Shown here: piece by piece, positions 51,161-62,283 of the stretch | How positions within the stretch are numbered: position 1 is the first letter of the stretch | Layout of the letters: the number at the start of each line of letters is the position of its first letter | Virus record (IMG/VR): IMGVR_UViG_2563367173_000002 | Span: 46,562 to 110,561 of that record | Length of the DNA: 64,000 bases | Direction: 5' to 3' (one strand) | Origin: a virus | Taxonomy: Duplodnaviria > Caudoviricetes | The notes under the pieces: model-generated | The model's input: the letters and a program-made list of their open reading frames with translations, nothing else | The model's database searches: none | What the model was told of the DNA's origin: nothing | Made by a program: the position numbers and the translations under genes

Positions 51161-51355
51161 CTATTCTTTGATTTTGTCTAGTTCTATAAGGTTAACACCC
51201 GCCACATTAAGAAAACTTTTCAGATATACATATTCATCTTTCAGTTTGGCATATGTTTCTGTAGCATTTTCCTTTTTCGCTAAAAGCATATACTCTTGAA
51301 TTTTCTTAAAATCTTCCATGGCCTTTTGTGTAATTTCTAAATTTGTATTTGGCAT
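51161..51355 (-). CDS. small hypothetical protein, paralogue of 43961..44155
   Basis: MPNTNLEITQKAMEDF... Confidence 0.65.
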   Translation of the reverse strand: MPNTNLEITQKAMEDFKKIQEYMLLAKKENATETYAKLKDEYVYLKSFLNVAGVNLIELDKIKE

Positions 51356-51443
51356 ATAATTCACCTCCCAATTATGAATCATACTATTGTATCAATTTTA
51401 GTATACCATAACCAGGCAGCAAAGTCTATCAGTTTTCTAACAT

Positions 51444-51480
51444 TGAACATCTCACGACTAAAGTCGCGGGTGTTCTTGCC
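51444..51480. mobile_element. IS200/IS605 subterminal hairpin remnant
   Basis: GAACATCTCACGACTAAAGTCGCGGGTGTTC. Confidence 0.5.
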
Positions 51481-51536
51481 CTATTAATAAAAAAGGGAAC
51501 TGATTTATATAACAGTCCATCTCTATATTTAACAAT

Positions 51537-52268
51537 TTATTCAGGTTTTCTTAAATCAAATGGAATATCTGTATTTGGATTCAATCCATTAGATTCAAGG
51601 TATGATCTAAAACATTTAAATGCACCACCTGTTGTAGACTCTTTTAAACAGGGGCATAAATGTTGATTAGATAATCTACATCCATATACTTGCATTCCCA
51701 GTTCATTCCAAGTATGTGTAATTAAATATAATCCATTTACATCATTATTTTCAATTAAGTTACATTTGAAATTCTTCCAATTATATTTACGTTTACTTAT
51801 TGAATTTATATAATATGAGAAATTGTCAAGAATAAAATTATTTTGTTTTTTCTTTGTTAATCTTTTAAACGTTTCTCTCCATAGCAATGATTTATCATAT
51901 TCCCAATGATTATTAACAAAATCAATAATTTTAGTATTACTTTCATCTTCGAAATACAAAAAAAGTTCCGTTTTTTTCTTTGGTGTTAATTTTTTTATTA
52001 ATTCAAATAGCAATTCTGCATCAAGCACATCAAAACCATTATGTAATCCTAATACTTTCTCGCTATTATATATTACATCAAACATTTTATTGCGATGTTT
52101 TCTTGTTAAACTGTTTAAATTTATATCGACTTCATTAATGTTTTGAATTTTAATATGACATTTTGGACATTCTTCAAGTTCTAAAATATTCCCATCAAAT
52201 TTGAACCATTCCATGCAGTTCCAACAAAAATGTTTATCCGAATTGTAATAAAACTCAATTTTTCTCAA
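51537..52268 (-). CDS. hypothetical Zn-ribbon protein
   Basis: CWNC...CPKC. Confidence 0.55.
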   Translation of the reverse strand: MRKIEFYYNSDKHFCWNCMEWFKFDGNILELEECPKCHIKIQNINEVDINLNSLTRKHRNKMFDVIYNSEKVLGLHNGFDVLDAELLFELIKKLTPKKKTELFLYFEDESNTKIIDFVNNHWEYDKSLLWRETFKRLTKKKQNNFILDNFSYYINSISKRKYNWKNFKCNLIENNDVNGLYLITHTWNELGMQVYGCRLSNQHLCPCLKESTTGGAFKCFRSYLESNGLNPNTDIPFDLRKPE

Positions 52269-52631
52269 TATTTTATCCTTATATTTTTCCTTTTTAAATA
52301 TTTTAGATTTTTTTTAATATCTGGAATCTTATTTTCTCTAAGGTATTTTCTTATTATACTTGTTTGCAATTCCCTATGAATAACATAGTTTTTGTTCTCC
52401 TTTTGTTCCTTTGAACCAGCCTTTCATTGCTAAAACTCACCAAAAACATCTTGATCTCCATCACACCATTGATATTCTTTTCCCTTATACTTTTCTTCTA
52501 AAAACTTCTCAATTTCATCATCTGAAATATTTTCTGGCAATTCAATAATATGTTTAATCGCAACTTGAATCACTCTTTTCCCATTTTTATTAAACATTCA
52601 AGACCTCCACTTAAAAACAGCATTTTATTGT

Positions 52632-53096
52632 CTAATTTCTGTTTATTTCTTTTAAATATTCTGTCGCCTTTTCATTAGCAGACTTAAAATCAGCTTGTGG
52701 CAATACCTCTTCAATATAATCTTTTAAAGAAACTTTTTTACTATTAATTTTTATTTCAATATCTGTTTTTCTTGTTAGATCTCCGTTACTTAATTTATCT
52801 AAAACGATTGCAAGCTGCGCTTTCCCTTCATCATCAATCTTATCAAATATCTGCAACAAATCTAATGATTCTTTAGCTCTTTCATTACTTCTTTTTTCAA
52901 TTTCCTCTTTGTATTCTTTTTCACTTTTAAATTTTTTGTTTTCTTTTTTAATTAAATTCTTTTGGGATTGTTTTAAAGATAACTCATACGCTTTTCCCAT
53001 CAATTCCTTTTGATAATCATCATCCAATTCAGAAAACAATAACACTAATTCTTTTACTTTATCTGGGTTTATATTCATGTCGTCCTCTCCACTCAT
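52632..53096 (-). CDS. hypothetical protein
   Basis: 154-aa ORF. Confidence 0.55.
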   Translation of the reverse strand: MSGEDDMNINPDKVKELVLLFSELDDDYQKELMGKAYELSLKQSQKNLIKKENKKFKSEKEYKEEIEKRSNERAKESLDLLQIFDKIDDEGKAQLAIVLDKLSNGDLTRKTDIEIKINSKKVSLKDYIEEVLPQADFKSANEKATEYLKEINRN

Positions 53097-53113
53097 AAAA
53101 ACAATTTTAAAGC

Positions 53114-53575
53114 CTAATCTATTCTAATTTCTATAGGCTTTCCAATAATCTTTTCATTAAATAGTGTTTCCGCAATAGAATCCAAATCTTCAAAGTAATA
53201 ATCAAATTCATCACACTGGAATCCATCTTCTGTGTCATTGATATAATATGTCTGTTCTGTATCTGTTTCTACTACCAACACAATGCTATCAAATCCTTTT
53301 TCTTTGGCATCATCATAAGCGGAATTAACTTCTTCTATAAAATCATCAACAGTATACTCAGGAGGAATTTCTACATCTCTACAAGAAGAAATTTCAATTG
53401 CGCAAATAATCCGTTCTCCATTACTTCTTCGCTCAACTGCATCCTCTTGAAGTCCTTCTTCGTTATCCCACCAGCAATAAGACACATTTCCTTCTTCATC
53501 TTCTGTCAATAAGAAAAACGGACTCTCCGGTTGCATAAAAGGTTTTCCACCGTCTAATGCTTTAAATTCACTCAT
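53114..53575 (-). CDS. acidic hypothetical protein
   Basis: 153 aa, strongly acidic; GGAGG RBS. Confidence 0.6.
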   Translation of the reverse strand: MSEFKALDGGKPFMQPESPFFLLTEDEEGNVSYCWWDNEEGLQEDAVERRSNGERIICAIEISSCRDVEIPPEYTVDDFIEEVNSAYDDAKEKGFDSIVLVVETDTEQTYYINDTEDGFQCDEFDYYFEDLDSIAETLFNEKIIGKPIEIRID

Positions 53576-53898
53576 AATTTTCCTCCATATTTATTTTTAT
53601 ATGTTCAAAAGTATTCTAATTATGCATTTATATAATTGCAGGAAATAATACTATTTTCATATCCAGATTTTACATTTGATACATCAGCAACTTTTTCTAT
53701 TTTCAATTTTAACACCTCTAAATACTCTGGAATTTCGCCGTAGTTAGCTCCCCTCTCTTGTACTATCTCAACAACTTTTTCTTCAGATTCGGCAATTACA
53801 GAAAACTCCGAAAAAAACATCATATTTAAACTCTGCATCTTCCACTTTTACTTTATATAAAAACATAATCTACCTCCATCTAAAAACAGTAAAAATTA

Positions 53899-54594
53899 TT
53901 AATATCCAATATTTGTTTCTTTCGAGAGTTTTTCCACAAATGCGTCAAGCTGATCATATTTAGAAAGAAGTTCTTTCAGTTCTTCAATAGTTATATCTCT
54001 GTAATTTTCAAAATCACCAACGCATATTTCACAACTCCCCATAACAATTCCAACACCAAATGTTGTTCCATATTGCTGTTGTTTTTCCTCAAATTTCTTT
54101 TTCAAAATACTATACTCATCATGCTCATGAAAGTATTTTTGTTCTTCTTCCTCACATTTTATAAGCTGTCTGTGAAACACTTCGTCAACCAGATCTTCAT
54201 AATAATCATAAGTTTCTCTGGTATTTGACTGGATATTTCTTTCACATCCCAAAAGATTATATTTTCCATATTTATGCCAATCATCAATTATATTTTGTGA
54301 ATATTTTGTATCATTTCGCTTTATCCATGCCTTCAAAGATGTCGTTTTAACTTCTGACCCACCAAACATACTGTCTTTCTTTGGCAAATTATCTTTGTCA
54401 GCATTGAATTTCTCAATTAGAGAAAGGAGATAACTCAGTTTTCCGTCTGTCTTACTATCCACAAAAGCAATTTTATCTTCTCTTGATACAGAATCTTCAC
54501 AATCATATATAATTGTTTTTCTTTTACCACGACTTGTATATACATCATGACGGTTGTTCATCAATACCATTTCTTCAACTTTCCATTCAAACAT
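53899..54594 (-). CDS. hypothetical protein
   Basis: 231-aa ORF with GGAGG RBS. Confidence 0.65.
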   Translation of the reverse strand: MFEWKVEEMVLMNNRHDVYTSRGKRKTIIYDCEDSVSREDKIAFVDSKTDGKLSYLLSLIEKFNADKDNLPKKDSMFGGSEVKTTSLKAWIKRNDTKYSQNIIDDWHKYGKYNLLGCERNIQSNTRETYDYYEDLVDEVFHRQLIKCEEEEQKYFHEHDEYSILKKKFEEKQQQYGTTFGVGIVMGSCEICVGDFENYRDITIEELKELLSKYDQLDAFVEKLSKETNIGY

Positions 54595-54621
54595 AATCTA
54601 CCTCCACTTGAAAGCAACATT

Positions 54622-56532
54622 TTATTGCTCTTTTAACTCTTTCATTATTTTATTCCAACCTCTTTTTGAAAAACCAAATGCCACCTTAAAATCATAATAA
54701 GCATCTTTTAATTTATCATCAGAAGAATAAGAATTATTATGTTCAAATGGTGTACCTACACTTGCAACTGCATCTGTTGAATCTAATAGTGGATTTCCGT
54801 AATATGAACGCCCATCAACATTCCATCCTTTTACAATTTTAGGAACCTCTTGATTAGTTAATAATTCTAATTGTTCCCATGTTTGTGGAGCAATAACAAA
54901 CCACATATTACATACACAGCCAGTTACATTACAAAGCCATTTCCATCCATCTCTTTTTCTAGTACATCCAATGATTCCATCAGATGATAACATATGTCCA
55001 AAAGGATAATCATCATTTCTTGTAATATAAATATTTATACTGCCATCACTTCTTCTCCATCCACAACTCAATTCTGACTTAATTCCATTTTCAATTTCTT
55101 CTTCGTATTTCATCAACATACGATAAATAAATTCTTTATTAGAAAGAAGCGATTGTTGATACCATTCTTTTATTTTTTCTGTTTTGCCATAATCAACCCA
55201 CGCTTGATAGATTTTTTCTTTTATATACTCTGCAAGCTGCATTCTCGCTTCTTTATACACTTGTAATCTCATTCTCTTTTCAGTTCCAATAAATTCAGGT
55301 ATATATGATTCATTTTCTTTGTCCATTAAACATGATATATTATTTGATTTAAAAATTGTAGTGGGATCAAATACAAACCCCTCTCCCCATAAATCCACCA
55401 TTAATTGATTATCGTTTGTAAAATATCCTGTTTCCTTATAGTTAATATTCTTTTTATTATGAAAATTAAACTCTTCTGCATAATCACCAGATAATATTTT
55501 TTGATTATCAAAACTAATATCAACATTATTATGACTAACAATAAGATTACTTTTCCCAATAACCATTAACTTATGGTTTTTTATCTTTAACTGATTCTCT
55601 GGCAAGAAACTGTCAAGATAATGCAACGGCAATTCAACATCCTTGTTTGTATATTTTAATACAATCAACAACATTGAAATTACAATAGGCATAAAAACTT
55701 CTATTCCTAAATTATATAAATCTAACTTTTCATCATTTATTTCATATTTAGAAGCATAGCCTTTATAATCACGCTTGGAATAATTAAATATATAATCATA
55801 AGGAAATATACCATCGACTTTTTGTTCAGTCCAACTTCCATTTCTGGAATTTTTATGTTGTCCAATATACGCCTCATCAACTCTATCATTAACAGATATA
55901 ATATTCCCATTACTCTTCAAGAAAAACGCAAAGAAACAATCCGCTGAATTACTTGCACTAATAAAACAAAAATAAATTCCATCTTGTGCATTTTCTATAT
56001 TAATAAGACATTCGGCTAAAGTATTAAAAATATACAATTTTGTACTTACATTCTGTACATTGTTAATTTTTCCACCCTTCATAAACAGATCCACATTACA
56101 TCTATTTATTGACTCTATGACTTTTTCAATACTATTAAACAGTTGTTTTATTTGCCCATCATCTTTACCAATCAATTTTCCATTTGTTATTTTTAAATAT
56201 ATATGATTAAGTCTACCAATAAAATCATTTTCTGCTTCAGTAACGATAGGTGTATTGAAAAGTTCATACATATCTTTTTCTGCCCTATATGCATCTGGGT
56301 TACTTAACACATCCCATACTGTAATCTTTGTTTCTTTTAATAAGTTCTCAAATTGTATTTTTGTATAAATTACTGCAAGCATACCTGTTTCATCATACTC
56401 GGACAATAACATTTCAATCAATTTTCCAATTTGATGAAACCCATATGCATTAGACAACAAATTAAAAGATGTTTGCTCCCTATCATATCTACTATAAATA
56501 GCCCATTTTTCTAACACATCCATATATGTCAT
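54622..56532 (-). CDS. large hypothetical protein
   Basis: 636-aa ORF with GAGGTG RBS; no recognisable motif. Confidence 0.7.
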   Translation of the reverse strand: MTYMDVLEKWAIYSRYDREQTSFNLLSNAYGFHQIGKLIEMLLSEYDETGMLAVIYTKIQFENLLKETKITVWDVLSNPDAYRAEKDMYELFNTPIVTEAENDFIGRLNHIYLKITNGKLIGKDDGQIKQLFNSIEKVIESINRCNVDLFMKGGKINNVQNVSTKLYIFNTLAECLINIENAQDGIYFCFISASNSADCFFAFFLKSNGNIISVNDRVDEAYIGQHKNSRNGSWTEQKVDGIFPYDYIFNYSKRDYKGYASKYEINDEKLDLYNLGIEVFMPIVISMLLIVLKYTNKDVELPLHYLDSFLPENQLKIKNHKLMVIGKSNLIVSHNNVDISFDNQKILSGDYAEEFNFHNKKNINYKETGYFTNDNQLMVDLWGEGFVFDPTTIFKSNNISCLMDKENESYIPEFIGTEKRMRLQVYKEARMQLAEYIKEKIYQAWVDYGKTEKIKEWYQQSLLSNKEFIYRMLMKYEEEIENGIKSELSCGWRRSDGSINIYITRNDDYPFGHMLSSDGIIGCTRKRDGWKWLCNVTGCVCNMWFVIAPQTWEQLELLTNQEVPKIVKGWNVDGRSYYGNPLLDSTDAVASVGTPFEHNNSYSSDDKLKDAYYDFKVAFGFSKRGWNKIMKELKEQ

Positions 56533-56572
56533 TAAATTTTATCACCTCACTTATGTCGATGAAAACCGGATT

Positions 56573-57139
56573 TCAATTTTCATGTATATATTGCTCCCAT
56601 TTAGCAGAATAATCATCCATCAATTTTTTATAACTATATGTTGAATCTGCAATGATAAAAACCAAAGCAGTAAGTATTACAGGTATAAGCAAACTAATAT
56701 AGTTATATAACTTCCACTCGCTAATTGATAATATATATGCTAAATAAAATGTTAAACTCGTTGCTATACTTAATAAGACCATTTCATGATTTATTAACCA
56801 AGCAATCAACTTATAGTGTTTACATATTCCTTCTCTAACTATATTAGTTCCTAATTCAAATTGCATATCTAATTTTCCAAAACTTTTTAAAAACGAAGTA
56901 ATATGAGCACTTGCTAATCTATAATATGATATACGAGCAGTAAAAGGAATAATTAGCAAAAACGGAATCAAGCAAATCCAAGCACTTATGGAATTCATAT
57001 CCATCGCTAATGCAACTCCTAAAACAGCTAATACAGATGTAAACGAAAATGTAAGTAAATTATTTCTCATAGTATCAAAAAATTCGAGTCTTTTTATTAA
57101 TTTATCGTATTCTTTATCCGTTATTTGTATTTCTCTCAT
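56573..57139 (-). CDS. four-TM membrane protein
   Basis: Hydrophobic segments; bounded by dyad sites at 56560 and 57154. Confidence 0.6.
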   Translation of the reverse strand: MREIQITDKEYDKLIKRLEFFDTMRNNLLTFSFTSVLAVLGVALAMDMNSISAWICLIPFLLIIPFTARISYYRLASAHITSFLKSFGKLDMQFELGTNIVREGICKHYKLIAWLINHEMVLLSIATSLTFYLAYILSISEWKLYNYISLLIPVILTALVFIIADSTYSYKKLMDDYSAKWEQYIHEN

Positions 57140-57166
57140 TTATTTCCTCCCAATGAAAATCGAATT

Positions 57167-59796
57167 TTAACTGTATAATAATTCTTTCATTTCTTTTTTC
57201 ATCTCATCTATTTTTCTTGCCATTTGCCTATATTTCCGAAGTTTATCATTAAAATCTTTTGTAATAAATGGTTTTGAACTTATATTAGTAATCCTAAAAA
57301 ACGATGGTCTTAATTTATATGTTAAATAAATATATTTAAGATCATCCGTTATTCTTAACTCTGAATGTGTACATTTTCCATCAACTACATGTGCTTTAAA
57401 TGTACAAAATATAGGAAGAATAGGATACCCATTTTTGTAGATAGTTTTTGAACACGGTTTATATTCTATGTATAATTCTTTCATTTAACACCTCTTGTTA
57501 AGCTTATTGAAATCAGACATTTATTGCCTATTTTGTCTCCATCTTTCAGCATTTTCTATAATATCTTTGAATTTTTCATAACACTCATCGCAAACATCAT
57601 CTAATATAAATTCATTATCAACTCCATGTTTTATTTCAATAGAATACACCTGTTCATAGTCTCCAATTTTACGCTTACAACAATCACAATATAATACTTT
57701 CATTTAATCGTCACCTTTCTTTCGACTGACTATCTTATGTAAATCTCCATCAGATATTCTTTCTACTTTTCCACTATCAAATTTAACCACTCGCCCAACT
57801 CCACAGCTTGCAATGATAGTTCCCTTACCTTCAAAAAGTCTTTTTACTCTATCTCCAGTTTTTAAAGATTCCCATTCTTTACAATCCATAACAAGTCCTT
57901 CCACTACAGATTATTACACTTACACCAATATTCCACATCATGATTTCCCATCACATATTCATATCCAAATTTCTTAATAGCTATTAACCCCCTATTATAT
58001 TGAGGATCTTTGGTTTTACCACTTTTATTTGCTATTCTATTAATTTCTTCTATTCTTTTACGCCCCAAATTCTCTTCCATATTAATTCACCTATCCAATC
58101 TGCTGTCTTAACAACGGAATATACACAAATTCCCACACAAAATCTGTAAACTTCTTCATAAAGTCCTTACCTGCGTTATATCCACAAGCATTATCTATCT
58201 GTATTTCTATTGGACTTCTTTTATCTGGTCTTTTTAAACCTTTCAATCGATAAAATTCATTTACAAACTCATCATTATCCAAACATATACCACACACGCT
58301 GATAAAATCATTTTCTAATTCTTCTACTGTCATAAAGCGACTCTCCCATCTCCTGAAGATAATGCCACAAATCCACCCCATCAACACTACACATATCAGT
58401 TTTATACCATTCTCCACGGAATACAAAATAGAAAAAACTTCTATTTGTTCTCACAGTAAACCCAAATTTTGTCTTCTGATCATTAATATTTTGCTCGAAA
58501 TTATCCCAATAATCATTTTTACGGTTGATTTTGGGCGGCTGTTTTAGTTTGATGCATTTTACTTTATCTCCGTCTTTTGTGTATAGAATCATTCATACCA
58601 CCTCACAATTTATCAATGTTATCTCCGCTTTCAGCGTTCAACCAATCTAACCATTCCATTGTGTTTTTGGGATATTCCTCTGGATTTTCTACAATCAGAG
58701 TAAGAAAATGTGCCAATCTGAGTTTATCCAAACTTCTTATAATTTGCGCTCTATTGTTAATCCTTCCATATTCATCTCTCATTCTGTTACTTCCCTTTCT
58801 CTACCAAGTAAAATATAAAGTACATTTATTGACTCTGTTATCGACTTTATATTTGCAGCAATTTCAACCTTTTTAGAAAAATTAGCAGGTGAATCACTTT
58901 CTCTTATTTTATCCATTTTCTTCACTTCTTTATTTCTGTCATTTTCCAAACTTTCTATCTGAGATTTAACTAAATTCTGCCATGTCATAATTTTTTCCTC
59001 CAATAAAATCAAGTTTTCAACTGCAAATAATATTCTAACTGCTCAATCTCTGTCTTAACTTTCTTCATTTCCAGCAACGCATTTATCGCATTATCTTCAT
59101 ATTTCATGGTTAATACTGATATTCTGATGCACACTTATCGCATACACTCAAATTGTCCTCTTTAATGTAAGAACCACATAATTTACAATGATACGCTTTA
59201 TGTTTATTATTATTTAATGATAAACATCCTTCTTCTAATAAATTAAATTTCTCAACAGCACTATCTAAATCACTAAATAGGTTGACATCCTTATCTCCTT
59301 CTTTTCCAACTTTATACATGGCTCTTAAAGGACTTAAATGTACCTCAACATCAATTCTGTTACCAGTCCTACCATTATACGCAAGTCGCTCTTTCTTTAA
59401 TGGTTCCTTTTTGATTTCGTCTATACTTATTTTCATACATTATTCCCTCCACTTGAAACTTAGATTTCATTCATATAAAATAATAACCTTTTGTTTTTGT
59501 TCATCACATGTAATATTAATTATTTTTTTATCATATAGCCCAATTCTGTGTTTGATTTCATCATATACTTTTTTACGACTATTATATTTTTTATACTCTT
59601 CATCATCATAAAACAGAAAATCTAATTCACCAAAATAAGTGATTTTAAATCTTCCATTAATAAAACTTTTTGTAATAGCTATAAGTTCATCAAAATCTAT
59701 CTGTCGCACATCAACTTTTACATCAACTGAAAATTTATATCTATCTATTGGAATACCATTTTCCCAAACAAAGAAATAACTATCTTCCAATCTCAT
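57167..59796 (-). other. run of about ten small hypothetical genes
   Basis: ORFs at 57167, 57521, 57704, 58091, 58308, 58779, 59110 and 59467 with RBSs; several end at the dyad motif. Confidence 0.6.
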
Positions 59797-60053
59797 ATCA
59801 TGATTGATATCACAGTCTATTGCTTTATATATATATCGGTTTTTGGAACTTTTATTATTTTTCTAACAGTAGTTACATTTATATCATATTTTTCATTTAT
59901 ATATTGTTTAATATCATCAGATCTCACAAAATTTTTAACATATCCTGAAGAATTTTCTGTAAAAATAATATATGATTCCATGCACATTTCCTCCAAATTA
60001 TCCAACCATATTTCCAATAGCTTCCTCAACAGCAGCATTCAAATCCTATTTTA

Positions 60054-60380
60054 TCAGAAAAATGCCTTAACATATGCCAATGTTTTCTCCAACAGTTCTT
60101 CTGGCATCTTCTCTACAAACTGAATATTCCTACTGATTACATCCAAGCACTTCATATGTTCCGTCAATATTACGCCTGTCGTTTTTGTTCTGTTATCTAA
60201 AGGGATATGCAACGGAAATTTATTGCTTGTATTTGTGATCGGACATACCACAGCAAATTTAGTCCTCATAAAGAACTGCTCATTACTTATGACTACTCCG
60301 GGTCTCCTTCCTGCCTGCTCATGTCCTGATTGTGGACTAAAATCCAAGAATATAATATCTCCTTGCTTCGGATTATACAT
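60054..60380 (-). CDS. mazF: MazF/PemK toxin
   Basis: GHEQAGRRP.VVIS...CPIT. Confidence 0.9.
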   Translation of the reverse strand: MYNPKQGDIIFLDFSPQSGHEQAGRRPGVVISNEQFFMRTKFAVVCPITNTSNKFPLHIPLDNRTKTTGVILTEHMKCLDVISRNIQFVEKMPEELLEKTLAYVKAFF

Positions 60381-60625
60381 TACCACACTTCCTTCCCAAC
60401 AGGAGAACCCCAATCAAATTCCTCAGCTTTATATTCTCCATCATAATCTTTGAATATATCTTCCAGTGTCAATTCCTTTTTCTCTTTAACTTTCGTAATC
60501 ACAATATTATCATCAACCCTGTTAAGTTCCACGAGATCATTTTCCATCATCCCTAATGCTTCAAGAAACGCTTTTGGTATTCTTATCCCCTGTGAATTTC
60601 CCCATTTTTGAATTGTTGCTTGCAT
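60380..60625 (-). CDS. mazE: MazE/AbrB antitoxin
   Basis: KWGNSQGIRIPK...DWG.PVG.EVW. Confidence 0.9.
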   Translation of the reverse strand: MQATIQKWGNSQGIRIPKAFLEALGMMENDLVELNRVDDNIVITKVKEKKELTLEDIFKDYDGEYKAEEFDWGSPVGKEVW

Positions 60626-60648
60626 AAAATCATCTCCTTCCTTATAAT

Positions 60649-60690
60649 TAGTATATACAATAGTATATACAATAGTATATACATTGTCAA
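60649..60690 (-). promoter_or_regulatory. mazEF promoter/operator with three tandem TAGTATATACA repeats
   Basis: 12-bp period with palindromic GTATATAC core; - strand TTGACA at 60685-60690. Confidence 0.7.
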
Positions 60691-61040
60691 TGACCTTATA
60701 CTAAAACATCATAAAACCTATAAATCAGGCGATAGCCTTTGACAACTACCGCCCGTATGTATAAGACATGTTCTACTCGTCTACGATTTCCATATCATAT
60801 ACATCATCTTCCCAGTTATAATCTGCGCACCAAGCCTTTTCTAATGCCTCCTCTTCACTATTTGCCTCAATTTCAGCATAACCGCTTTTACTTGCTCTAA
60901 CTGTATACTTCATACTTCTATCAATCCTTTCTTTGATTTTCCATAACGCACTTCACAGGGGATTTATGGTATTACCCCTTACAGAACAAGCTAAGAACTG
61001 TTGCGGATGGATTCAGTTGTCAAGGTTCAATCGTAATGGG

Positions 61041-61226
61041 CACGGTAGACGCATGCTTTATGAACAATTTGTAAACACATAGCTCTCTGATAAAAAATAG
61101 AGCTTATTTTTGCTTAATTCTAAAATTTGTAAATTTTTAAAACATAATAAAATTGCTTATTTTTGTGCTATTTTAATAAAAAATCAAGACATTTTTTGTT
61201 AAAAACAGAGACATGCGTCTACCGTG
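61041..61226. mobile_element. 186-bp MITE
   Basis: 15-bp perfect TIR CACGGTAGACGCATG/CATGCGTCTACCGTG flanked by 5-bp direct repeat ATGGG. Confidence 0.85.
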
Positions 61227-61345
61227 ATGGGATTTTTCCGTTGACTATTTCTAAAGAATTGATATAATAGAAGTGTCAACGTGTGGTTTACCATACGGAG
61301 AGCTGAATGGCGGTTTCTAGTTTTCCAGGCTGAGAACCGCTATTC

Positions 61346-61501
61346 TTATTTTTTCTTATCCGCTTCTCTTTCAACCAGAATCATTCTTACTAGATTTGAA
61401 AAGTTAGTGCCTTTTTCGGCAGCTTCTTTTTCTAAAGATTCCTCCAGTTCTTTTGAGATATAGACAGATTTTCTTACTCCATTTTGCTTTGGTTTCGCCA
61501 T
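61346..61501 (-). CDS. ribbon-helix-helix (CopG-like) protein
   Basis: MAKPKQNGVRKSVYISKELEESLEKEAAEKGTNFSNLVRMIL. Confidence 0.65.
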   Translation of the reverse strand: MAKPKQNGVRKSVYISKELEESLEKEAAEKGTNFSNLVRMILVEREADKKK

Positions 61502-61625
61502 CTGTCATCCTCCTTACAGTAAATATCATATCGTTTTAACAGGTACTTGTCAACATCTTTTTTGGGTTATTTTATGTTAATCACATAAAAAGCTGTCAAT
61601 GTTTCCACTAACGACTTCCCGTTTC

Positions 61626-62207
61626 CTATGCTTCACCTGCATATTCACCATAATATTTTTGTCTCATTTCTTCAGCAAATTTTCCAGCCTCATCCAATTG
61701 CTCTAATGAAAATCTACCAAGAATTGTATTCTTTCCATCTACTTGCAATTGTACTATCCATGTATTACCGCTTTTAGACACATTTCTATATCCAGATTTA
61801 TTATTTTTGTTTTTACCTTTTCTGTTTTGAGTATTAGATTCATTCTCAACAATTCTCAAATTACATTTCCGATTATCCAATGTATTATGATTAATATGAT
61901 CAACCTTATTTTTTCCAAAATAATTGAGTATAAATTTATGAAGTAAAATGCATTTATATTTTCCATTTCCATTTTGACTTACTCCAAGATAAATACAAGT
62001 TTTAACATAAAATAAATTTCTGACTTTATTATAATCAGAAAACCATGTATAACCAAAGTTTTTTACAACTCTATCAAAATCGTCAAGATCAATAATTGTC
62101 CATAGATTTTCTTTTTTTCTACGTCTTAACTCAATTTTTACAATTTTGTTTTCCTCATCAATAATATAATTGTTTCCTTTCTTTCTTGCCATCAGTATTT
62201 CCTCCAT
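61626..62207 (-). CDS. HNH homing endonuclease with AP2-like C-terminus
   Basis: LHKFI...VDHINHNTLDNRKCNLR...N; SGYRNV...YYGEYA. Confidence 0.85.
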   Translation of the reverse strand: MEEILMARKKGNNYIIDEENKIVKIELRRRKKENLWTIIDLDDFDRVVKNFGYTWFSDYNKVRNLFYVKTCIYLGVSQNGNGKYKCILLHKFILNYFGKNKVDHINHNTLDNRKCNLRIVENESNTQNRKGKNKNNKSGYRNVSKSGNTWIVQLQVDGKNTILGRFSLEQLDEAGKFAEEMRQKYYGEYAGEA

Positions 62208-62283
62208 TCATAAAAGTGTATATATTACACTTCTACAAATGGATTTTTGTTTTCACGATTTTATACTAAAGGCAATAGAACAA

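Larger units (their letters stand above)
5887..59469. repeat. dispersed 16-bp dyad TRAAA-N6-WTTYA at gene junctions
   Basis: Exact matches start at 5887, 6716, 13937, 14811, 16730, 17710, 18829, 19248, 22120, 22782, 23175, 27121, 52612, 54609, 56560, 57154, 57508, 59004 and 59454. Confidence 0.75.

Noticed and set aside
46191-53900. Weak dyad-like sequences at 46191, 53096, 53606 and 53881
   Set aside because: Two or more mismatches in the right arm; indistinguishable from AT-rich background, so not counted.
60649-60683. Tandem 12-bp repeats as CRISPR or iterons
   Set aside because: No spacers and only three units; the position in the mazEF promoter fits an operator.
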